NCBI GenBank assembly: GCA_964542475.1
Contig: CAZIUL010000020.1
Coordinates: 540 to 64,539, forward strand
Reading direction: 5' to 3'
Source of the DNA: an uncultured Phycisphaerales bacterium
GTDB taxonomy: Bacteria > Planctomycetota > B15-G4 > CAYZWU01
DNA length: 64,000 nt
Positions 18,428 through 26,669 of the stretch are shown here, piece after piece. The notes beneath the pieces are model-generated. The model saw nothing but the letters and a program-made list of their open reading frames with translations. It was not told where the DNA came from and did no database searches. The translations under genes and the position numbers were made by a program. Each line of letters starts with the position of its first letter. The first letter of the stretch is position 1.

Positions 18428-18533
18428 GATTCACTCCAGGCATCGCTTCACATTACGATCAGATAACATTCCAATATCACTCTATCAGCCCTGCTGTTTG
18501 TTTTCGGGCGCTTTTTGACTTCTGCTGTCCTAA

Positions 18534-18705
18534 CCCGCATATTTCATCCTCTTCTGCTGCGGCACCGTAACCTGCACTGTGGCTGCGTTTCATGCCAGGA
18601 GACGATCCTCAACCTGTAAGAACAGGCCTGCGGTCGTCTCCTGACATGCGCCTTGCCACATCACAGTTTACGGCACCTCGCGACGAAGAGTATGAAATAA
18701 GCGGG
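18534..18705. repeat. Family A palindromic repeat, copy 2 (inverted orientation relative to copy 1)
   Basis: Same arms and central hairpin as copy 1; flanks cctaa / ctaat. Confidence 0.8.
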
Positions 18706-18818
18706 CTAATAATAGATTTTGTTGGCCGGTATTTAATGGCAAATCTGCAGGCAATAGTGTCATTTCTTATGCTTATCAAGAAAGGTCTTGACCTCTTTTT
18801 TAACACGGAGCATCAGCA

Positions 18819-21380
18819 GTGAAAAAACACCGAGTACACCTGATCTGCAACGCGCACCTCGATCCTGTGTGGCAGTGGCGCTGGGAGGAGGGATGCGCGG
18901 AAGCAATGGCAACCTTCCAGACCGCTGCCGACCTGCTCGATGAACACCCGGACCTGATCTTCAATCACAACGAGGCGCTGCTATACAGGTGGGTCGAAAA
19001 ATACGATCCGCGGCTTTTCCTGCGGATCCGGGAGCTCGTTAAACAGGAGCGCTGGCACATCAGCGGCGGCTGGTTCCTGCAGCCGGACGCGAACCTGCCG
19101 GGCGTCGAATCGTACTTCCGCCACATCCGGGAAGGGAGGCTTTACTTCCTCGACCGCTTCGGCGTGACACCGCGGGTGGCTTACAACTTCGACTCGTTCG
19201 GCCACTGCTGGGGTCTTCCGCAGGTGCTTCGGCTCTGCGGGTACGACATGTACATCCACATGCGGCCGGGAAGGGACGGGCTCGACCTTCCATCCGAGCT
19301 GTACCAGTGGGAAGGGGCGGACGGAACGAGGATCCCCGCGCTCAGGATCGAGGTCGGCCTTTACCACACCGAGCGCGACAACATCGAGGACCGCCTCAGG
19401 CAAGGCGTTGAGGCCGCCCTGAAACAGGGAAGGGATGTGCCGGTTTTCTGGGGGCTCGGAAACCACGGCGGAGGCCCCACCAGGGAAGACCTGAAAAAGA
19501 TCGATGAGTTCATGGGCAATGAAAAGCGCGTCTCGATAATCCACAGCACGCCGGAGTCGCTGTGCGAGGCCCTTGCTGTGCACGCCCGTGTGGCGCCGAT
19601 CAAAAAAGGAGACCTGCAACGCGCTTTCACAGGGTGCTACACATCGCTTTCGCGCTTGAAGCGAAGAGCGCGTAAAAGCCTGGGCCGCCTGAAACAGGCT
19701 GAGGCCATGGCTGCGGCGGCATGGTGGGCCGAAGGCGCGGATTATCCGGATGAGAGCATTGAACAGGCATGGAGGGACCACCTTTTCAACGATTTTCACG
19801 ATATCCTGCCCGGAACATGCATCCAGCCCGCTGAGCAGGATTCGCTCGACATATACGGAAAGGCTGCCGAATGTGCGCGGAACCTGCGTCTGGGCGCCAT
19901 TGCATCGCTCACCCGCGGACCGGGGAGGCAGGGCTCTGCGCTTCCCGTAACCGTGATGAACACCTCCCCGTCGACAAGGCTCGTACCTGTTGAAGTGGAG
20001 TTCATGGCTGACTACCGGCCGTATTGGAAAGGCGACTGGAGAATGAGCCTCCGGACACCCTCCGGAAAAAAGCCGCTTTTTCAGGAGGAAAAACCGGAGT
20101 CCCTCCTACCGTTCAACGACTGGCGCCGAAAGGTCTGTTTCATGGCTGATCTGCCGGGGCTGGGCATCGCGCACTACCTGCTTGAAGCCCATGAAAAAAA
20201 AGCTGAAGCATCAATGCCCGGACAGGCGGCAGGACGAGCGGATGCCGCTCCGCTTGATGAGGACACGCCGGTCTGCTGCTCGACCGACCCATCGACCGGA
20301 CTGATCACCGGGATGCGCACAAGCACCGGAAAAGAGTGCGTATCAGGACCTCTGCTCCAACCTGTCGTGGTCCTGGATCACGGCGATTCATGGGGTACCG
20401 GGCTGGACAGGTACAACGAAGAGGCCGGCCGGTTCGAGGCAATGAAGGGCTCTGTGAAAACCGTTCAGCGCGGCCCGGTAAGGAGCATCATCGAATCTGT
20501 CCACACCTACGGATCGAGCAGGATCGTCATGCACACGATCACCTACACCATGTGGCCTGTTGTAGAGCTCCGTTTCCGCGTTCTCTGGAACGAGGCATCG
20601 AAAAGGCTGAAGCTCGGTATCCCGACGGTGTTTTCGGACGGGACTCTCGATTGCGAGATCCCCGGAGGTGTAATAACCAGACCTGCTGACGGACGGGAAC
20701 ATGTTCACGGCCGCTGGATGATAATTGGGGAAAAAAACGGAACAGCAGCGCTCGGCATCGTGAACTCCGGACAGCACGGAATCGATTTCCAGCAAGGCCG
20801 CGCGCACCTGTCTGTCCTCAGGGGCCCTGCTTACTGCCACGAGCAAGGGCTGGATTTGACAGACCGTGAGGTAAAACATATGGATCAAGGCGTTCACCAG
20901 TTCCGCCTCCTTGCCGTTGCTGGAGAAGCGGGAGAGCTCGCTGTAAAGCTGCCGGGGCTTGCCGACTGGCTCGACGCACCCCCCATTGCAATCGCACACC
21001 TGCCCGCGGGCAAGCTGTTCGACCCCCCACAACCCAAAGGGTCAAGCGTTCGGCAGGCAAGGCTGTTCCCAGGTGAACTGCTTTCACTGTCGCCTGGAAA
21101 CGTGCGCATGACCGCTTTCAAGCGTTCACAGGACAAAAAGGGACTCACCATCAGGCTGCAGGAATCCGCGGGAAAGAAATGCAATGCACGCATTCTTTTA
21201 AGAAAAAAGGGACAAGAAGAGGGAGCAGATTACCCGAAAGATATAAAAGACAGATATGACCGGATCAACAGCGACTCGGTCATCGATGCGCAGATGATCT
21301 TTAACCCTTTTGAAATCAAAACGTTACGCCTTAACCGTTCCGGAAGTTGGCATGAGACCGACCCGGTTCTAGAATTGTGA
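18819..21380 (+). CDS. Glycoside hydrolase, alpha-mannosidase-like (GH38-type N-terminal domain)
   Basis: 853 aa; the N-terminus HLICNAHLDPVWQW resembles the GH38 catalytic N-domain, but the family assignment is by eye only. Confidence 0.5.
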   Translation: MKKHRVHLICNAHLDPVWQWRWEEGCAEAMATFQTAADLLDEHPDLIFNHNEALLYRWVEKYDPRLFLRIRELVKQERWHISGGWFLQPDANLPGVESYFRHIREGRLYFLDRFGVTPRVAYNFDSFGHCWGLPQVLRLCGYDMYIHMRPGRDGLDLPSELYQWEGADGTRIPALRIEVGLYHTERDNIEDRLRQGVEAALKQGRDVPVFWGLGNHGGGPTREDLKKIDEFMGNEKRVSIIHSTPESLCEALAVHARVAPIKKGDLQRAFTGCYTSLSRLKRRARKSLGRLKQAEAMAAAAWWAEGADYPDESIEQAWRDHLFNDFHDILPGTCIQPAEQDSLDIYGKAAECARNLRLGAIASLTRGPGRQGSALPVTVMNTSPSTRLVPVEVEFMADYRPYWKGDWRMSLRTPSGKKPLFQEEKPESLLPFNDWRRKVCFMADLPGLGIAHYLLEAHEKKAEASMPGQAAGRADAAPLDEDTPVCCSTDPSTGLITGMRTSTGKECVSGPLLQPVVVLDHGDSWGTGLDRYNEEAGRFEAMKGSVKTVQRGPVRSIIESVHTYGSSRIVMHTITYTMWPVVELRFRVLWNEASKRLKLGIPTVFSDGTLDCEIPGGVITRPADGREHVHGRWMIIGEKNGTAALGIVNSGQHGIDFQQGRAHLSVLRGPAYCHEQGLDLTDREVKHMDQGVHQFRLLAVAGEAGELAVKLPGLADWLDAPPIAIAHLPAGKLFDPPQPKGSSVRQARLFPGELLSLSPGNVRMTAFKRSQDKKGLTIRLQESAGKKCNARILLRKKGQEEGADYPKDIKDRYDRINSDSVIDAQMIFNPFEIKTLRLNRSGSWHETDPVLEL

Positions 21381-21591
21381 ACAGGCAACAGAACCGTTTT
21401 GACCCGGAGTACGTCAAAAAAATGTATGTGTTCTCAGGCATGAACTCCATTGAATACATCAAGTTTGTGGTATTATCGAAACTCGATAGAAAGCCTGAAC
21501 ACAAGCACACGTTTAAACCTACACGGGTATAACAGCTTAAAAATAAGCGGGTGAACCGGTTCTTAACCTAACGCCGGGACAGGACATCAGA

Positions 21592-22110
21592 TTGAACAAC
21601 CATCGCACATCTTCGAACGGGTTGTACGACTTAATCGTCAGCCACGGGTTCGCTTGCGACTCCATGCTGAAGGGGCTCGCCCGCTGGCTCCGGGCCGCGG
21701 GTTATGATGCGTGGTGGTCGTATAACATCGATGATGCCGAGCTGATCCGCTTCGCAAAAGAAGAAAAACGAGTCCTGGTCACCAGCGACTCGGGCATTAT
21801 GAAAACCCTCGCTGCATCTAACGGCGAGTTCCCCTCGCTTTTCATCCCCAGGGAAATGAACGTGCCGGAGCAGGTAAAGCACGTGTTCACCGAGTTCGAA
21901 CTTAACCGCCTTCAGCCGCGCTGCATGAAGTGCGGCGGTCATCTCGCATGGATTCCCAAGGCATCGGTCAGAGAAGAAGCGCCATCCAAAACCTACTGCT
22001 GGCTCGATGATTTCTACAGGTGCCTGCGTTGCGGCCAGCTCTTCTGGAAAGGCACACACTGGATCAAGATCCAGGACCGCCTCCGCGACGTGGTTCCGTT
22101 CACGTCCTAG
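21592..22110 (+). CDS. Mut7-C (DUF82) PIN-like RNase domain protein with C-terminal zinc ribbon
   Basis: DSMLKGLARWLRAAGYDA... followed by CxxC...CxxC (CMKCGG...CLRCGQ). Confidence 0.6.
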   Translation: MNNHRTSSNGLYDLIVSHGFACDSMLKGLARWLRAAGYDAWWSYNIDDAELIRFAKEEKRVLVTSDSGIMKTLAASNGEFPSLFIPREMNVPEQVKHVFTEFELNRLQPRCMKCGGHLAWIPKASVREEAPSKTYCWLDDFYRCLRCGQLFWKGTHWIKIQDRLRDVVPFTS

Positions 22111-22282
22111 CCCGCATGTTTCATACTCATCGTAGCGAGGCGCTGTAAACTGTGTTGTGGCAAGGCGCATGGCAGGAGACGACCGCAGGCCTGTTCCTAC
22201 AGGTTGAGGATCGTCTCCTGGTATGAAACGCAGCATGAACGCAGTTTACGGTGCCGCAGCAGATGAGGATGAAAAATGCGGG
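22111..22282. repeat. Family A palindromic repeat, copy 3, starting immediately after the TAG stop of the Mut7-C gene
   Basis: Sequence identity to copies 1, 2 and 4. Confidence 0.8.
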
Positions 22283-22336
22283 CCAGGTCAGTCCTCTTCC
22301 TCCGCATCCTCCTTGTCCACCGTGGTTCTCTTTCCT

Positions 22337-23131
22337 TTACTCTTTTTCGTGAGGAATCCTCGCAATCAAAGAAGGGATGAAATCCAGGTAGTCGCATGAT
22401 GCCAGGTGGTAGCTGACCCCCTTGCGCACTCCAAGAAACGAACATCCCGGAGAAGGCACGGCTTTATGCAGATGGCCGAACACGCAGTGGTGGATGCCTG
22501 CTTCTTCCATCAGGCGTGAAGCTCTCGTCTCTTCGAAATCGATGGAAATGGGAGGAAAATGGACCATTGCTATCCTCAGCTCCGCCCTTGAATTCATGTC
22601 CGCAAGAGCCATTTTCAGCCGGTTGAGCTCCCGTGTAAAGATCTTTTCATCCCTTTCCGGATCTTGCATTACAGGCGGTTTTTCACCTTTTGCGCGCGAA
22701 GCAGGCGGCAGATCCAGATCCTCTCTTTGAGGAAGGCCCAGCCCCGGCATCCGGATATCTTCCCACAGCCTCGTTCCAGCGATGGCCACACCATCGATGA
22801 AGAGCGCGTCGTGATGAAGGGCAAACACGTTGTCAGGCAGCGCGGACCTGACCTTTGCGACAGAGCTCCACCAGTAGTCGTGGTTGCCGCGAACCAGCAC
22901 TTTCCTGCCTGGTAGGCCGGCGATGTACTCGATGTCTGGACGGGCATTGTCGAGCTTCATGGCCCACGATATATCACCCGCAATGAGAAGTATGTCTTTG
23001 TCTCCCACGACCTCTTTTGAGCGCTGTTCGATTTTCCGCTCGTGGTCGTTCCAGTACCTTCCAAAGGCCGACATGCTTTTCCCGGGCACTCCCGCTGAAA
23101 GATGCAGGTCTGAAATCGCGAAAATATTCAT
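22337..23131 (-). CDS. Calcineurin-like metallophosphoesterase
   Basis: Motifs SDLHLS, GDISW, GNHDYW and GHLH. Confidence 0.7.
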   Translation of the reverse strand: MNIFAISDLHLSAGVPGKSMSAFGRYWNDHERKIEQRSKEVVGDKDILLIAGDISWAMKLDNARPDIEYIAGLPGRKVLVRGNHDYWWSSVAKVRSALPDNVFALHHDALFIDGVAIAGTRLWEDIRMPGLGLPQREDLDLPPASRAKGEKPPVMQDPERDEKIFTRELNRLKMALADMNSRAELRIAMVHFPPISIDFEETRASRLMEEAGIHHCVFGHLHKAVPSPGCSFLGVRKGVSYHLASCDYLDFIPSLIARIPHEKE

Positions 23132-23160
23132 GATCGAATATCAACGAAGCAGCAAAGGGA

Positions 23161-23481
23161 TCAATCCCAGAAATCGCTCCGGTCCTCCGACTCTTCCTCG
23201 TTGTCCTTGTTTTTCGCTTTATCCCGGGCATCCTTGAACAGGCTGTCGAGCCCTTTTTTTCTGCCCGACACCTTTTTCATGGCATCCGCAAAAGTCGAAT
23301 CGCCCTTTCCCTTTTTGTCGGCGACCTTGCCAAGCGCGTCGTCGAAACCGCCGGGATCCGGTTTGTCGTCTTCACCGCGCTTGTCCGCTTCGAAATGGCG
23401 TATGATCTTGCCGTTTCTTGCATCGATGATGATGATGCCGTTGCACACGGGACAATGGACCTTGAACTCCAGGACTGTCAT
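23161..23481 (-). CDS. Small zinc-ribbon protein with Lys/Asp-rich disordered tail
   Basis: CPVCNG...CxxC-type N-terminus; strong SD caggagggtg upstream. Confidence 0.45.
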   Translation of the reverse strand: MTVLEFKVHCPVCNGIIIIDARNGKIIRHFEADKRGEDDKPDPGGFDDALGKVADKKGKGDSTFADAMKKVSGRKKGLDSLFKDARDKAKNKDNEEESEDRSDFWD

Positions 23482-23496
23482 ATAAGCACCCTCCTG

Positions 23497-23690
23497 TTAA
23501 CCTTAATGCGTCAAAAGCTTCGGCATAAAACGCTTCGCTTGGCCGATAGCACGCCATCTACAACATAAAACCAATTTTCCGTCTCCTCACATAAGATGCA
23601 CTTAAGTTCCGGGACAAAAAACCGATTTTATGCTGTAGCTGATGCACTCTTGGCCATTTCTGCTCGAAGCTTTTGACGCATTAAGGTTAA
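23497..23690. repeat. Family B element: 194 bp bounded by perfect 26-bp terminal inverted repeats ttaaccttaatgcgtcaaaagcttcg
   Basis: Perfect TIRs at 23497..23522 and 23665..23690; the core ccttaatgcgtca recurs as inverted termini at 53815..54040. Confidence 0.7.
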
Positions 23691-23691
23691 G

Positions 23692-23750
23692 CCGCACATT
23701 TCACTCTCATATGCTGCGGCATCGTAAACTGCCGACGCGCATTTTTCCAG
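23692..23750. repeat. Degenerate single arm of the family A repeat, in the trkH 3' region
   Basis: gccgcacatttcactctcatatgctgcggcatcgtaaactg... resembles the family A arm but is diverged. Confidence 0.4.
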
Positions 23751-23754
23751 GAGA

Positions 23755-25272
23755 TCATCTTTTCCATGCAAGGGGAAAGAACAGAATCAGCACCGCATAG
23801 ATCTCGAGCCTCCCAATAAGCATGCACATGGCAAGTATGATCTTGCCGACCGCGGGGATGTGGGCGTAGTTTTCAACGGCGCCCACTCGTCCAAGGCCGG
23901 GGCCGATGTTCGAGATGCAGGCAAGCACCGATGAAAACGCTGTCTCCAGGTCCAGCCCGAGCAAATGCATAAAAACAGAGCATATACCAAAGAGAAGAAA
24001 ATAAAGGATCAAAAAGCCGGCGGTGTTGCCTATCACCTCTTCCGGAATTGTTCTTTGACGGATCTTTACGTTGAAGACGGCTCTCGGTCTTATGATACGC
24101 CTGATCTCCCTGAAACCGGTTTTGAATGCGATGAGGAGCCGCACCACCTTGATTCCTCCGCCGGTAGATCCGGCACTCGCTCCGATCACCATCAAAACGA
24201 TCAGCAGAAAACGGCACACGTGGGGCCACGCGTTGAAGTCCTCGGTGCAGAAGCCGGTAGTGGTCATTACAGCAACCGACTGAAAAACCGCGTCCCTGAC
24301 CGCTTTACCCGGGACGTCGTACCCGGCGCCATCCTTGTAGGTTTCAGGCCCGGCGAACCTTTCCGGAGGGCAAAAATAGAGATGAAGCCCGATTATCGCT
24401 ATGGCTACGACGAGTATTCCAACATAGAGCCTGAACTCACTGTTCCTGTAAACAGGCTTGAAGCGCGCGCGGATCAAGTGGAAATAAAGCACAAAGTTGA
24501 CGCCTGCCAGAAACATGAAAACGATGATCACCCACTGGATCGCCGGACCGTAGAATCCGATGCTCACGTTCTTGGTGGAGAATCCGCCGGTAGCCATGGT
24601 GCCGAATGCATGGCAGAACGAATCCAGCAGGGGCATTCCCAGAATCCATAAAACCAGCGTTTCACCGAGTGTGAGCGCTGTATAGATCATCCACAGGATC
24701 TTGGCCGTATCCGCGATCCTGGGACCCAGCTTGTCCGTTGTAGGGCCCGGCACCTCAGCCCTGAACAGGATGTTGCCTCCCGCTCCCAGAGCTGGAAGCA
24801 CAGCAATGGAAAGCGCAACGATCCCCATGCCGCCGAGCCAATGCGTCAGCGAGCGCCAGAACAGGATTCCCGAAGGAAGGCTTTCGATGCCGTCCGGAAG
24901 GGTATCGGATTTTGCGAAAATGGTTGCCCCTGTTGTTGAGAAGCCGGACATGGTCTCGAAAACCGCATCGACCACGCTGGTACAGACGCCTGACAAGTAG
25001 AACGGGATGGCGCCAAGCAGGGTCAAGAGCACCCAGGACAGGGTTACGGTTGCAAAGCCTTCACAAAGCCCGAAGCCGCTGGAATCGAACTTGAACTTCC
25101 GCTTGAAAAACAGCCCGATCAGGACCGAAGCCAGAACAGCAACCAGAAACGCGCGGACCTCCCGCGTGGGCCCTTGACCGCAGAACAGGGCGATTCCCAG
25201 GGGGATCAACAAAAACAGGCCGAGCAGCAAAGCCAGCCAACCCAGGATGTGCAGCACTGAACGGATGTTCAC
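23755..25272 (-). CDS. trkH: TrkH/KtrB-family potassium uptake protein
   Basis: 505 aa polytopic protein with the repeated pore-loop architecture typical of TrkH; overlaps trkA by 4 bp. Confidence 0.85.
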   Translation of the reverse strand: MNIRSVLHILGWLALLLGLFLLIPLGIALFCGQGPTREVRAFLVAVLASVLIGLFFKRKFKFDSSGFGLCEGFATVTLSWVLLTLLGAIPFYLSGVCTSVVDAVFETMSGFSTTGATIFAKSDTLPDGIESLPSGILFWRSLTHWLGGMGIVALSIAVLPALGAGGNILFRAEVPGPTTDKLGPRIADTAKILWMIYTALTLGETLVLWILGMPLLDSFCHAFGTMATGGFSTKNVSIGFYGPAIQWVIIVFMFLAGVNFVLYFHLIRARFKPVYRNSEFRLYVGILVVAIAIIGLHLYFCPPERFAGPETYKDGAGYDVPGKAVRDAVFQSVAVMTTTGFCTEDFNAWPHVCRFLLIVLMVIGASAGSTGGGIKVVRLLIAFKTGFREIRRIIRPRAVFNVKIRQRTIPEEVIGNTAGFLILYFLLFGICSVFMHLLGLDLETAFSSVLACISNIGPGLGRVGAVENYAHIPAVGKIILAMCMLIGRLEIYAVLILFFPLAWKR

Positions 25273-26669
25273 GTTTCAATCCGGTTGTTGTTGTTATTGG
25301 AATCAACAAAGGTAATGCGTTTTCTTCCGGCCATCAGTTTTTCCAGCTTTTCCCCAACTGTCGGAAGAGCGAACGCCACTATCGTGTCCCCCTGCATTAT
25401 CGTGCTGTTCCCATCGGGTATGATGGCCACTCCGTTGCGGTATATCGCGCCAACGAGCGAGCCTTCCGGGAGCCTGAGCTCTCTCAGTGTTTTGCCGACG
25501 GCTTTTGAACCTTTACCGACCAGCAGTTCGATGATTTCCGCGCTGCCGTCTCCGATCTTCTTGACCGAAAGGACCTTTCCCGGTTTTACGAAACGAAGTA
25601 TTTCCCCCACCGCAATGAGACGCGAGTTGACCACGACATCCACGTCCAAAGTGCCCAGGATCGGCACTATATCGGGGTCCCTGGTTATGATAGCTGTCCG
25701 CTTTGCCCCTTTTTTCTTGGCAAGCAGCGCGTAGATGAGGTTCTTGCTGTCATCATCGTGGGACGCGATAAAGAAATCCGCGCCGCCAAGATTAATCTCG
25801 TGGGCCACATCATCTTCAAGCGGATTGCCTTCCACGACCAGCGACTTCTTCAGCACCTTCGAGGCGTTTTCGCACAGATCCGTGTTCACATCCATCAGTG
25901 CAACGGTATCGATCCTGTGTTCAAGTCTCCTGGCAAGGGTCAGGCCGATCCTGCCCGCACCCGATATCACTACCTTTCTCGGTTTTTCCTTAACCGACGG
26001 TAAAAGCTCCTGAAAATGGGGGAAAACATCCCTGGTCATCAGCAGGTATATAGTATCGCCGGGCTTGAGCACATCCGAACCCTTTGGGATTATCATCGCA
26101 TCGTCACGGTTTATCGCAACGATCAGAAACGAAAAATCGCTGAACTTCTTCTTGAGAACGGCAAGCTCCTGGTCATGGATATCTTCATCGCCGGTCAGGT
26201 GGAACCCGCGCAGGATTATCTCACCTCCTGCGAAATCCCCCGCATCCGACGCGCCGGGCGTGTCGAGAACCTTCAGAATATAATCGATCGTGATCTGGTC
26301 CGGGTTGATGATCCGGTTGATGTGAAAATCACGCTTGGAAATCACCGGATCCTTCCGGGTAAAACTCCGGTTCCTCACCCTTGCTATCTTTCGGCGGACA
26401 TTAAACGCGTGCGCCATCATGCAGGTTACCTGGTTCACCTCATCGATGTTGGTCACCGCGATGAGAAAATCCGCGCCCTCGACCTTGGCTTCCTTCAGGC
26501 TTGTGACATTGGTGCCGGATCCCTGGATCACCTGCACATCGAGCTTGTCCTTCAGGCGCTTGATCAGCATCGGATCGTTCTCGATCACAGCGATATCATG
26601 CTTCTCGCGGGATAGCTCTGTTGCAAGGTTGAATCCGACAGCACCGGCACCGACTATCACGATCCTCAT
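25269..26669 (-). CDS. trkA: Trk system potassium uptake protein TrkA (two RCK_N plus two RCK_C)
   Basis: MRIVIVGAGAVG and a second Rossmann segment VVISGAGRIG; 466 aa. Confidence 0.85.
   Translation of the reverse strand: MRIVIVGAGAVGFNLATELSREKHDIAVIENDPMLIKRLKDKLDVQVIQGSGTNVTSLKEAKVEGADFLIAVTNIDEVNQVTCMMAHAFNVRRKIARVRNRSFTRKDPVISKRDFHINRIINPDQITIDYILKVLDTPGASDAGDFAGGEIILRGFHLTGDEDIHDQELAVLKKKFSDFSFLIVAINRDDAMIIPKGSDVLKPGDTIYLLMTRDVFPHFQELLPSVKEKPRKVVISGAGRIGLTLARRLEHRIDTVALMDVNTDLCENASKVLKKSLVVEGNPLEDDVAHEINLGGADFFIASHDDDSKNLIYALLAKKKGAKRTAIITRDPDIVPILGTLDVDVVVNSRLIAVGEILRFVKPGKVLSVKKIGDGSAEIIELLVGKGSKAVGKTLRELRLPEGSLVGAIYRNGVAIIPDGNSTIMQGDTIVAFALPTVGEKLEKLMAGRKRITFVDSNNNNNRIET

Noticed and set aside
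18592-18822. 76-aa ORF, and the similar N-terminus of the ORF at 21631..22236 (…GDDPQPV.TGLRSSP.MRLAT.QFTAPR…)
   Set aside because: Both lie inside copies of the family A palindromic repeat; the peptide similarity is a by-product of the DNA repeat, not a gene family.
21631-22236. 201-aa minus-strand ORF
   Set aside because: Antisense to the Mut7-C gene and running into the repeat. The plus-strand product has the recognisable Mut7-C/zinc-ribbon motifs.
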